From the NCBI GenBank assembly GCA_044228525.1, contig JBGAUQ010000002.1, forward strand, positions 168,367 to 232,366: a stretch of DNA of 64,000 nt, written 5' to 3'. Below the pieces are notes generated by a model that had not been told where the DNA came from, searched no databases, and was given only the letters and a program-made list of their open reading frames with translations. Made by a program: the position numbers and the translations under genes. Positions 16,706 to 25,845 of this stretch are shown in pieces (position 1 is the first letter of the stretch; every line of letters begins with the position of its first letter). The stretch is from Candidatus Saccharimonadales bacterium. Its GTDB lineage: Bacteria > Patescibacteriota > Saccharimonadia > Saccharimonadales > UBA4665.

Positions 16706-18433
16706 TTATCGACCAAAGAAGTCAGGTCGTAAGTGTGGAGGTATTAATCCCTCCATTGGGTTAGGTGAGCCGGCTGGCACCGTTTCTTGACCAAGAGCAT
16801 ATAGCGCGTTAGCTAGGGCGATTAGCTTAGTAACTTCAACGTCGGTATTGTCGCCTTCAGGCTTATCGCTGCGCGTCCAACGATCGATCGCGTCTTCACC
16901 ATACTGACCAAGGCTGCCCATGCGGCTGCCAACTCCAACTACGGCTGGGCGATCAGTACGACTACCTGGCTGTTGACCAGGGATCCTGACTTCCATACCA
17001 CCACCCCAAGAACGAGCTTTTTGCCCTTTCTTGGCTGGCTTTTCGATGATTAGGTCGGCGTCACGGTTGCGGTTCGGGCTAGTAGTCTTGATATATATCT
17101 GGTCGCCTTCCATCGTGAAGTTCAGAACCCAGCCGGTTGTAACATCAACCAGTTGTGATCGATCAGTTTTACGGTCATGGTTAACTTGGCCTTTGGCGAC
17201 CTGAGCTGGATCAACCGCGCGACGTCGCAAGCCAGCCAGACGAGCCACGTTTGGACGACCTGGCAAGCGAGGCTGAAATACTTTGATCTCAGTTTCGATG
17301 GCAGGCGAAGAGACGTCGGCGAGAGCGTCAATCATTACGTTAACACGCTCAAGAGCAATTCGACGCTGTTCACGCGCATCCATTCGTTCCCATTCCTCAT
17401 GACCCAAGTTGTGGCCAACGAGACGGCCCTCATGAGTATCAGTTGTCGGGTAGACGCCAGCTAGTTCAGGAGGTGTGCCTTCGGGAATCAACCCGCCGAG
17501 CCCAACAAAGTGCATCGTGGCTCGACCGGCCTTGCGGCGACGGACTGCCCATGGGTTTTCTTGGTCACTGCGTCGTTCGCCGTGTGGGCGTGGAGCTGTG
17601 CGGGTCGCTAGTGGAATCAGGGCATCAACAGCGTCAAATGGGTCAGCGCCGCGATTAGGCCGATCAGCGAGTGGCAGCGGGCTTGGGCTGACTTCGCCGC
17701 GTGTTTCAACTTTAGAAATTATGATTCGGTTATGAGGGTCGTTGCCGCGATGACCAGGGAAGATTGTGCGGCCTTCGCTATCGATCCACTCTTCGCCAAT
17801 TCGACCCTGCAATATGTCCTTGCCGATTTTGCGCTGCGGCAGGGCAGAGCCGTCATCACCACGAACCGTTCTATGCAACGGAATGCTGGTTGGGAAGTCA
17901 CGGAAATCAGCCGGCGCTCCGGCAGCTTCTGCGGCAGTTAGGTCATAAACTCGTGAGCCAAAGATGTAATATCGGTTGGCTGGAGTGCCGTCCTCATGGC
18001 TGGTAGTAACGATGTACTCTTGGTCCATCGATTGGTCGCCCCACTTCATTACAGCGCCTTCGGAATCTTCTAAATTCCACTCCGTACCACGTCGTACCGT
18101 GCCGTCAGCGCGATCGTATTGAACTGGGACTTCGTCTTCAAAAGGACTCTCGTAATCTTGTCGTTCAGGCTTGCCAGTTAGTGGATTTAATTTTTTCTCA
18201 GAAGGCCTAAAGCCCTCACCCTCACGGCGACGCTTCAGCTCAGCACGAACTTCGAACTGATTTTCAGTCAGCATTTCGAGCTCATAAGGAGTAAGCTCTT
18301 GCATATTAGTTTTTTTAGTTGCTGGATCAAAAATAGGAACGTAGCCAGTGCCATGCGGATCAAACTGAATCAAATCCCTGACCGATTGAGGGTCTGTAGG
18401 GGTGGTTGAGCCGGGGCGTGGTGCGCGTTCCAT
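16706..18433 (-). CDS. hypothetical 575-aa soluble, Arg/Glu/Pro/Gly-rich protein
   Basis: A long uninterrupted ORF in the most GC-rich part of the window. It has no signal peptide, no TM span and no motif I can assign. Confidence 0.5.
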   Translation of the reverse strand: MERAPRPGSTTPTDPQSVRDLIQFDPHGTGYVPIFDPATKKTNMQELTPYELEMLTENQFEVRAELKRRREGEGFRPSEKKLNPLTGKPERQDYESPFEDEVPVQYDRADGTVRRGTEWNLEDSEGAVMKWGDQSMDQEYIVTTSHEDGTPANRYYIFGSRVYDLTAAEAAGAPADFRDFPTSIPLHRTVRGDDGSALPQRKIGKDILQGRIGEEWIDSEGRTIFPGHRGNDPHNRIIISKVETRGEVSPSPLPLADRPNRGADPFDAVDALIPLATRTAPRPHGERRSDQENPWAVRRRKAGRATMHFVGLGGLIPEGTPPELAGVYPTTDTHEGRLVGHNLGHEEWERMDAREQRRIALERVNVMIDALADVSSPAIETEIKVFQPRLPGRPNVARLAGLRRRAVDPAQVAKGQVNHDRKTDRSQLVDVTTGWVLNFTMEGDQIYIKTTSPNRNRDADLIIEKPAKKGQKARSWGGGMEVRIPGQQPGSRTDRPAVVGVGSRMGSLGQYGEDAIDRWTRSDKPEGDNTDVEVTKLIALANALYALGQETVPAGSPNPMEGLIPPHLRPDFFGR

Positions 18434-18571
18434 GATTATTTACCGCTTGCCTTGTTTAATATGTTTTTTGTTTTATGCATATGTTTATCCGATAGTTATC
18501 TTAGCAAATTATACTGTTTTTGTCAAGTATGTGGGTTTGTTGTTTTTTTGATTTGTTATACTTATGGTTAG

Positions 18572-19564
18572 ATGGCAACATATAAACTTATTCAAGATAT
18601 CGAGGCTGAGGACAAAATCCTAGGTCCCTTAACGTTAAGACAGTTTATTTTTGCCTTGATTACGGTGTTTTTTGGCTATTTGTGCTTTATTGTGCTGACA
18701 AAAGGCGCCGCCTTTATGTTGGTGGTTTTTTTGCCGCCGTTTTTGTTCTTTGGTTTTTTTGCCTTGCCACTGGGACGCGACCAGCCAACAGAGGTCTGGG
18801 CGCTCGCCAAACTGCGTTTTTTGTTTAAGCCGCGTAAGCGAATCTGGAACCAGAGCGGCGTCAAGGAGCTGGTTACAATCACGGCTCCAAAAAAGATTGA
18901 GCGGCATCTAACTAAGGGCTACTCGCAAGTCGAGGTCGACAGCCGCCTGCATGCCTTGGCCGATACGATTGATAGCCGTGGCTGGGCTGTTAAGCACGTG
19001 AATTTGAATGCCTATGCCGCGCCGGTTTATACGCCGCCGGCCTCCGACCGCCTAGTAGACCTGTCGACTTTACCGCAAGTCGTGCCCAACAACGACATCG
19101 TAGCGGCCGACGATATGATGGATATTGATCACAGTCCAATTGCTCAGCAGTTTCAAAACATGATCGAAGAATCTTCGGCCGGCCGCCGCGAGGGCGTGGT
19201 GGAGCGCATGAATAACGCCACTCCTGTTCAGACACCGACCGCCCAGCCCCAGAATAACTACTGGTTTATGGATAATTCCGCTAAGCCTGCCTCTGACGAC
19301 GATAACAGCTTGGCTACAGTCAAGACTGGCGATTCTAGCAAACCTAAACCATATGGCAATTTGCGGTCGGTCAAAACATCTACCAAAAAAGCCCAAAAAG
19401 CGACTACACAAGCCTCTCCACCGCCGATGACAGCCCCGTCTGACCCTGCTATACTATCCTTGGCAGAAAACGACGATCTTAATGTGGCGACACTAGCCCG
19501 CGAAGCCAAGCGTGCAAAGGGTAAAGACAATTCAGACGATGAGGTCGTTGTTTCACTGCATTAG
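18572..19564 (+). CDS. PrgI/VirB3-like membrane protein with a long disordered C-terminal tail
   Basis: The N-terminus 'YKLIQDIEAEDKILGPLTLRQFIFALITVFFGYLCFIV' plus a second TM matches the PrgI-family layout. It sits just upstream of VirB4. The remaining ~230 aa are P/S/T/Q/D-rich. Confidence 0.6.
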   Translation: MATYKLIQDIEAEDKILGPLTLRQFIFALITVFFGYLCFIVLTKGAAFMLVVFLPPFLFFGFFALPLGRDQPTEVWALAKLRFLFKPRKRIWNQSGVKELVTITAPKKIERHLTKGYSQVEVDSRLHALADTIDSRGWAVKHVNLNAYAAPVYTPPASDRLVDLSTLPQVVPNNDIVAADDMMDIDHSPIAQQFQNMIEESSAGRREGVVERMNNATPVQTPTAQPQNNYWFMDNSAKPASDDDNSLATVKTGDSSKPKPYGNLRSVKTSTKKAQKATTQASPPPMTAPSDPAILSLAENDDLNVATLAREAKRAKGKDNSDDEVVVSLH

Positions 19565-19613
19565 TCCGCCAGCCGGACTTAATGCTTATCAGAAACAAAG
19601 GTGGGAACTGTAA

Positions 19614-20507
19614 ATGAATCCTCAGGCACCAAATCAGCAATATCCTGGCCAGGGGCAAATGCCTGCCGGTCAGCCGATGCCAGCGCCTGGTCCGGGGCAA
19701 ATTATTCCACCAAATCAGCGACCCGCCGGCAAAAGGCGTGGTAAAAAAGGCGGCCAGCAAGGCGCTCGCCCGGCCCAAACTCACCCCAACAGCACCCAAA
19801 ACGCGCTGCAAATTGCTGAGGTTCGCGACGGCATAGTAATCATGAACGACGGGTCCTTCCGGTCGGTAGTAATGGTTAAAAGCATCAACTTTGATCTGAT
19901 GAGCCCCCAAGAAAGAGATGCCGTTGAATACAGCTATCAAGGCTTTTTAAACTCGTTGTACTTCCCAATTCAGATATTTATACGTTCCCAAAAAGTTGAT
20001 TTGCGGCCGTATCTCGAAAAACTAGATAAAATCCGCACTGAGCACGACAATATGCTGCTAGCTCTTTTGATGGAGGACTACATCGGTTATATGGATGCTC
20101 TGAGCCAGCAAACCAACATCATGGATAAGAATTTCTACGTCGTCATACCGTTTTTCCCAGCGGTTGACGTGCAAAAGGGCATCGAGCAAAGCAAAACATT
20201 TTTGTCTGGTCTTGGCGGTTTGTTAAAGCCAAAAGAACAGCACGTCGTGATTAACGAACGTGACCTCGAAAACGCCAAAACCGAACTACGCAATCGCGTA
20301 CAGTCTGTTTTGGCAGGGCTGCAGCAATGCGGCGTCAAGGGATTGCCGCTCGACACCCAGGAATTGATCGAGCTTTACTATGACACCTACAACCCAGACA
20401 CGGCGACGCGCCAACAGATCAAGGACTACACTTCACTGACAGCTGACGTCATCACTAAGGGCCAGGGCGACGCGCCGCAAGCGCATCTAGAAAGGGAATT
20501 GCAATAG
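19614..20507 (+). CDS. T4SS-associated protein resembling a free-standing VirB4 N-terminal domain
   Basis: A P/Q/G-rich N-terminus of ~60 aa. Then 'IAEVRDGIVIMNDGSFRSVVMVKSINFDLMSPQERDAVEYSYQGFLNSLYFPIQIFIRSQKVDLRPYLEKL'. This echoes the N-terminal logic of VirB4-family ATPases but has no P-loop. The stop lies 2 nt before the virB4 start. Confidence 0.45.
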   Translation: MNPQAPNQQYPGQGQMPAGQPMPAPGPGQIIPPNQRPAGKRRGKKGGQQGARPAQTHPNSTQNALQIAEVRDGIVIMNDGSFRSVVMVKSINFDLMSPQERDAVEYSYQGFLNSLYFPIQIFIRSQKVDLRPYLEKLDKIRTEHDNMLLALLMEDYIGYMDALSQQTNIMDKNFYVVIPFFPAVDVQKGIEQSKTFLSGLGGLLKPKEQHVVINERDLENAKTELRNRVQSVLAGLQQCGVKGLPLDTQELIELYYDTYNPDTATRQQIKDYTSLTADVITKGQGDAPQAHLERELQ

Positions 20508-20509
20508 CT

Positions 20510-22438
20510 ATGGCTAAGCGTCGAAAACAGCCGAGGATGGATCCGGTCGCTATCGCCCAGGCGCAGCGTGCCCGCGAGCAACAAGAGGTTCAGGCAGCTT
20601 TCCTTAAAGGAGTCACGGCCTTGCGTGACTTCATCGCGCCAAGCTCTTTGGAATTTAGTAGTACTCATTTCCAAATCGGCACTCGTTACGCCCGAACTTA
20701 TTACGTTTACGGCTACCCACGACAGGTCTACACTGGCTGGCTGAGTAGCATGGTTAACCTCGATGAAGTTATCGATATGTCGTTATACATTTATCCGGTA
20801 GAGAGCCAGGTCGTACTAGAAAACCTGCGCAAAAAAGTCACCCAACTCGAAGCCGGTATCCAGCTTGAATCCGAAAAAGGTCACGTCCGCGATCCTGGCA
20901 AACAGGCCGCCATCATGGACGCCGAAGAGATCCGCGACAAGCTTCAGGTTGGCGAAGAACGTTTCTTCCGCTTTGGGCTTTATTTCACGATTTATGGCAG
21001 TAGTCTTGAGGAACTGGAATATATTTCGCACAAAGTCGAATCAATGCTTGGTCAGCAGCTGGTTTATAGCAAGCCGGCAACCTCGCAGCAGGAGCAGGGG
21101 CTCAACAGTACCGTGCCGCAAATGATCGACCAGCTGCAGATTCGCCGCAATATGAGCACTGGTGCCCTCTCGACAAGCTTTCCGTTTACTAGCGCCGATT
21201 TGACGCAGGATAATGGCATCCTATACGGCATTAACATGCACAATTCCGGCCTGGTCATTTTTGATCGTTTCTCTCTGGAAAACGGCAACTCGGTCGTGTT
21301 TGCTAAGTCCGGCGCAGGCAAGAGCTTCACGGTCAAATTGGAGGCCCTGCGCAGCATGATGTTTGGCACTGAAATATTCATTATCGACCCCGAAAACGAG
21401 TACCAACGAATGTGTGACGCGGTTGGCGGTGCCTACGTGCGACTTAGCCTTAACTCGTCGACACGAATCAATCCGTTTGACCTGCCCAAAGTCGTTGATT
21501 CCGATGAAGCCGACAATGCCTTGCGCTCAAATTTGATTACTCTGCATGGCTTGCTACGGCTAATGATGGGTGGCGCACAAATTCAAATGCAAGGTTCGGG
21601 CAGCACAACCATGCCGGCTCTATCACCGACCGAAGAAGCCGATCTAGATTCAGCCCTGATTGATACCTACGCCAAGGCTGGTATAACCAACGACCCACTG
21701 ACGCACACTGCTCGGCCACCGGCTATATCTGACCTCTATGACACCTTGCTGCACATGGGCGGCACTGGCCCACAGCTCGCTCAAAGACTCCGCAAATATA
21801 CTACTGGCACATTCGCAGGAATATTTTCTCAGCAAAGCAATATTGACATCAACAACCCGTTGGTCGTGTTCAACTTGCGCGATCTCGAGGATGAACTACG
21901 ACCAGTCGCCATGTATATAGTCTTGAATTACATCTGGAATAAGACAAAGAGCGACCAGAAACGCCGCCTGCTGTTGATTGACGAGGCATGGCAGCTTATG
22001 AAATATGAGGATTCAGCCAATTTCATGTTTAGCTTAGCCAAGCGAGCGCGCAAATATAATCTTGGCATTACCACGATTAGCCAGGACGTCGAGGATTTTA
22101 TGGGTTCACGGATGGGGCGAGCCATCGTCGCTAACTCTTCGATGCAGTTCCTGCTCAAACAATCGCCATCGGCAGTTGACGTCTTAGCCGATGTATTTAA
22201 GCTCACCAGCGAGGAGAAAAAACGCCTCAGCCAATTCCCGGTCGGCCAGGGTCTGTTTTTTGCAGGACAAAACCACGTCCACCTCCAAGTTGTTGCCAGT
22301 CCAACCGAAACCGGCCTGATTACAACCAACCCACAACAGGTTAAAACCATCAATTCTGCCGATATTGAGGGTAATCTCGATCAAACCCCTGAAGGCACGA
22401 TTGATCTCGAAAATCGCCTATCCCCCGGCAATGCCTAG
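20510..22438 (+). CDS. virB4: VirB4-family T4SS ATPase (Gram-positive PrgJ/TrsE-like)
   Basis: N-terminus 'FQIGTRYARTYYVYGYPRQVYTGWL', Walker A 'FAKSGAGKSF', Walker B 'RRLLLIDEAWQLM', and 'ITTISQDVEDF'. Confidence 0.9.
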   Translation: MAKRRKQPRMDPVAIAQAQRAREQQEVQAAFLKGVTALRDFIAPSSLEFSSTHFQIGTRYARTYYVYGYPRQVYTGWLSSMVNLDEVIDMSLYIYPVESQVVLENLRKKVTQLEAGIQLESEKGHVRDPGKQAAIMDAEEIRDKLQVGEERFFRFGLYFTIYGSSLEELEYISHKVESMLGQQLVYSKPATSQQEQGLNSTVPQMIDQLQIRRNMSTGALSTSFPFTSADLTQDNGILYGINMHNSGLVIFDRFSLENGNSVVFAKSGAGKSFTVKLEALRSMMFGTEIFIIDPENEYQRMCDAVGGAYVRLSLNSSTRINPFDLPKVVDSDEADNALRSNLITLHGLLRLMMGGAQIQMQGSGSTTMPALSPTEEADLDSALIDTYAKAGITNDPLTHTARPPAISDLYDTLLHMGGTGPQLAQRLRKYTTGTFAGIFSQQSNIDINNPLVVFNLRDLEDELRPVAMYIVLNYIWNKTKSDQKRRLLLIDEAWQLMKYEDSANFMFSLAKRARKYNLGITTISQDVEDFMGSRMGRAIVANSSMQFLLKQSPSAVDVLADVFKLTSEEKKRLSQFPVGQGLFFAGQNHVHLQVVASPTETGLITTNPQQVKTINSADIEGNLDQTPEGTIDLENRLSPGNA

Positions 22439-22505
22439 CAATTAGTGCTTTCTGACCACAGTTAGCGTATAATGTAAACTACTAATGCTTTAGGTTGAGA
22501 CAAAA

Positions 22506-25500
22506 ATGGCAAGAGCCGCCAGAAAAAAAGACCCCGTCTATGATCCCGACTCCGACAGACCGATAACCCGGCCTGACCTAAGAGTCATGGAAGGCGGCGG
22601 TCAAGGTGACGGTGTGCCCCAAGGCAACCTCAGCGCTGCCAGCTCGGATTCTGCTTCAGGCGGTCTGTATAACGAGGGCGGCGATAAAGGTGGCGCAGAT
22701 CCCGACTCAAGCGGAAATCAATCCGAGGGTGATGGATCGAGTGAATCCGGCCAGTCCAGTGACGCTGTTGCGCCTGACGACCTAGAATCTAAAGAATCTA
22801 CTGGTGATTCTGGCTACGCTAACGGCTTTGATAACAACCGCCCCAACCGACGAGCCCGCGCCGGCGCCTTCGCCAAACGTAACAAAAACAAGCTAATCTG
22901 GGGCACAGCGGCCGGTGGAGGTATTTTTGGCTTAATTATCGGGGCGATGATCAGCTTGGTGCCTTTAAAAATCGAAAACATGGTTAACAATCTCGAGCAG
23001 CGCTTCATGCATCCGGTAAGCAGCGCAGTTGAGGCAACTAACCGGATTCTCCTAAGCAAATATCTACAAAAACACGTTCTGCCGGCCTATAAAAACTGCG
23101 GAACAGTAATCGATAAAAATTGTAAGATCCTGGTTACAGGCCCGGGCAATCCAGTCAAAAATTTATATAAATCATGGGCAAAAACCAGGCTCGATCTTAC
23201 CCTTAAAAACAAATATGGCATTGAGGTTAGTTATGACCAGTTTGCCAGAAACGGTAGAGGTACATTTATCTTGAGGATAGATGGACAAAACCGGAATTTT
23301 GACGTGGGGCCCAACGGCGAACAGCTCGACACCCTACTGACAGGGAGGAGATCGGACGTTACAGATGAAGTCGACCGTGTTCTGTTAAGAGAAACAAAAT
23401 GGAGACATATGATCGCCCGCTATAAGGTGGGCAGATTGATGACGCAGCTTCACAACACAAAGCGATGTATTGCCTTTTGTGGGGTGCGCGAAACAGTCAA
23501 AATGCCCAAAAAATACCTAGAGCAGCAGGCCAGGATGTTCCTAGCTGAGAGGGTTCTGGGCACACGGAGCGAAGCAACAGTAATCGCCTTACGGTGCGTA
23601 TTGTCAACCACGTGTCACCCGGAACAGGTTGACAGAACACAGTGTACTCCGGGAGTAGATTGTGAGCTTGACGGTAGACCCTTATCTGATACAGAGAGGG
23701 ATATGAGAACAGAGCTACAAAGACTAAGTGCCGGCTTTGGCAGAAATCAGCAAGACGAAATATTCCGGATTTATGGAGAAATGCGCGAGGAAGGTCTCCA
23801 AAAATATATGGTCAGGACCGTTATGACCAAGGTCTTTAATGAAGCAACGGGTAAGGTTGCCGCAAAGTCCATACCTATAATCGGCTGGATGCAAACATAT
23901 GCAGAAGTCGTAAATGGCGCATACGAAGCTGGGCCAAAAATTAAAAAACTTAGTTATGTAGTTGCAGCGGGGGCCGCAGTCCAACACTGGAACAACTACC
24001 GCTCCTACGCAGATGAAATACACACAGGCGAAGTCGACCCTATTGCTGTTGGTTCATGGAATACTTCGCTTGGCCGCGGAGAGGAAAGTGACAAAGACCC
24101 TTTAATTGGAGGGACGGCCGCGGCCGAAGAGACTCCATTGTATGGTGCTTTGATGAACAATGCTGATACTCCCGCACCGTCGGCAGTCGCTTCGCTGCTT
24201 GGCGCATTCCTGCCTGCAAGGGCATACGCGGCAACTGCCGACAACTCTGGCTCAGCCGGTAACCCAGATTATGTATGTGGCAACAACAAGCCGGTGCCTT
24301 CTGGCCAACTTGTCTGTTCAGAGGAACTGATCGGGCAGGGGAACGGGGTTGCAAACTCTGTTCGAGATTTTCTTGAAAGGCCTGAGGCACAACCGTTCGT
24401 TTTAATTGCAAAAGCATGGAAAAATACTGGCGGCTTAGCTTTCGATGCTTTCTATAGTGCTACTGGCTTCGTAGGAGATTTTTTATCGGCAGGTTTTGAG
24501 CAAGCACTTGAGAAAGGTTGCGGAAAAGTCCTCGGGATCCGACCTGCAGACGTTCCACCCTTCAGCGCGCTTGGTGCAGGTCCTGTTTGCGAAGTAAAAG
24601 ATCTTGCTGAACAATACCTGCCACAGGCAATCGAAGCCGCAACTAACTATCTTATTCCGAATCCATTCGGAACAAATATGGGAGGCGGCAGAAATTTTGA
24701 CATGATTGCAGCGGGCGCCAATGTTCAAGGCCTTGATGGCTGTGATCAAATCGGCTGCGAGGCTTCTTCGGATGCCGCTGTCGCGCAGGTAACCCAAGAT
24801 GCGATGAATAAAGAACGTGACATGTTCAAGAAAGAGTCCTTAGCGACTCGGCTGTTTGATACGGAAAGCAGCCATTCTCTTGTAACCCAAGTTGCTATGG
24901 CAACGCCGTTTGATATTCAGGGATCCTTGCAGTCTGGGTTTGCAAGCGTACTAAGCAACCCGATGGGCACCTTAGCTGGGGGCTTTGATTCCGTATTCTC
25001 ATCCGGCAAGGCCTACGCCGCCTCGGCAAAAGCGGCAAATCCATTCGGGGCAGGAGCGAAAACTTTTCCGACTAAAAAGATACCCAAAGACCCTGAGCAG
25101 TACTGGATAGACAATAATTGTGGCGACGAAAGTGAAGACGGGCCGGTTGCTAGGTGGCAAGAAGCCTCCATAAATACAACCGATGATGCCACCGGCATGC
25201 CTAAACACACAGATGTTGAACCATGCCTGCTAATTAAATACACGACAGGTGTAGTCGGGGGCAAAGAAGACACTTCTCTGCTGACAAAGGATGACTTGGC
25301 TGAGATCGGTCCCAGCTCAGGGGACAATGCGGCAGATCCATCTACCGTATCTGGCGAACCTGCTAAATTGGCCAAGGAGCTTATCAGCTCGGGCCGACTA
25401 ACTGGGCCTTCTAAATACATGGATCAAATTAAGGCAGTTTCGGAAGGCGATAACTCCTGCAATGTTAATCCCACGCTTCTCCAAATGCTATACGGGGTTG

Positions 25501-25835
25501 TGGTTAGCGATGGTCATAAGGTAGAAATTAGTTCCTTGAATAGGAAGTGCACCAACAGCCTAGCTGGCGCGGGATCAAATAGTGCCCACTTCAAAGACGG
25601 CGGCGGTCACGCCGTTGATGTTGTTGGCTTTGATGGCGGGTCTGTGGCTGGAGGTAGCGGTGATGCTACTCTTAAATATCTTAAGGCGGCTTCGAAGTAC
25701 TTACCAAAAGGCACCAGCTACGGTCAAGTTCCTAACTGCGGATCGGGTTTTAAGATTCCCGAGGGATCGAGCGCGTTCAGTGAAGACAGCTGCGACCACC
25801 AACACATTGGCGTGCCAGTAAAGCAGCTAGAGTAA
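22506..25835 (+). CDS. giant bitopic T4SS-associated protein; C-terminal LAS/M15-like metallopeptidase-type module (tentative)
   Basis: An ~125-aa G/S/D-rich cytoplasmic N-terminus, one TM (LIWGTAAGGGIFGLIIGAMISLVPL) and an ~950-aa ectodomain. The last ~120 aa carry 'SSLNRKCTNSLAGAGSNSAHFKDGGGHAVDV' and a terminal 'CDHQHIGV'. These resemble SxHxxGxAxD ... HxH zinc-peptidase motifs, but the spacing is non-canonical. Confidence 0.55.
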   Translation: MARAARKKDPVYDPDSDRPITRPDLRVMEGGGQGDGVPQGNLSAASSDSASGGLYNEGGDKGGADPDSSGNQSEGDGSSESGQSSDAVAPDDLESKESTGDSGYANGFDNNRPNRRARAGAFAKRNKNKLIWGTAAGGGIFGLIIGAMISLVPLKIENMVNNLEQRFMHPVSSAVEATNRILLSKYLQKHVLPAYKNCGTVIDKNCKILVTGPGNPVKNLYKSWAKTRLDLTLKNKYGIEVSYDQFARNGRGTFILRIDGQNRNFDVGPNGEQLDTLLTGRRSDVTDEVDRVLLRETKWRHMIARYKVGRLMTQLHNTKRCIAFCGVRETVKMPKKYLEQQARMFLAERVLGTRSEATVIALRCVLSTTCHPEQVDRTQCTPGVDCELDGRPLSDTERDMRTELQRLSAGFGRNQQDEIFRIYGEMREEGLQKYMVRTVMTKVFNEATGKVAAKSIPIIGWMQTYAEVVNGAYEAGPKIKKLSYVVAAGAAVQHWNNYRSYADEIHTGEVDPIAVGSWNTSLGRGEESDKDPLIGGTAAAEETPLYGALMNNADTPAPSAVASLLGAFLPARAYAATADNSGSAGNPDYVCGNNKPVPSGQLVCSEELIGQGNGVANSVRDFLERPEAQPFVLIAKAWKNTGGLAFDAFYSATGFVGDFLSAGFEQALEKGCGKVLGIRPADVPPFSALGAGPVCEVKDLAEQYLPQAIEAATNYLIPNPFGTNMGGGRNFDMIAAGANVQGLDGCDQIGCEASSDAAVAQVTQDAMNKERDMFKKESLATRLFDTESSHSLVTQVAMATPFDIQGSLQSGFASVLSNPMGTLAGGFDSVFSSGKAYAASAKAANPFGAGAKTFPTKKIPKDPEQYWIDNNCGDESEDGPVARWQEASINTTDDATGMPKHTDVEPCLLIKYTTGVVGGKEDTSLLTKDDLAEIGPSSGDNAADPSTVSGEPAKLAKELISSGRLTGPSKYMDQIKAVSEGDNSCNVNPTLLQMLYGVVVSDGHKVEISSLNRKCTNSLAGAGSNSAHFKDGGGHAVDVVGFDGGSVAGGSGDATLKYLKAASKYLPKGTSYGQVPNCGSGFKIPEGSSAFSEDSCDHQHIGVPVKQLE

Positions 25836-25845
25836 ACAATGCCGT

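Noticed and set aside
17122-18006. About ten 60-95-aa ORFs on both strands within the 575-aa gene
   Set aside because: These are shadow ORFs caused by high G+C. The single 575-codon frame explains the region more simply. I also considered 'GHNLGHEE' as a metalloprotease motif, but it is not HExxH.
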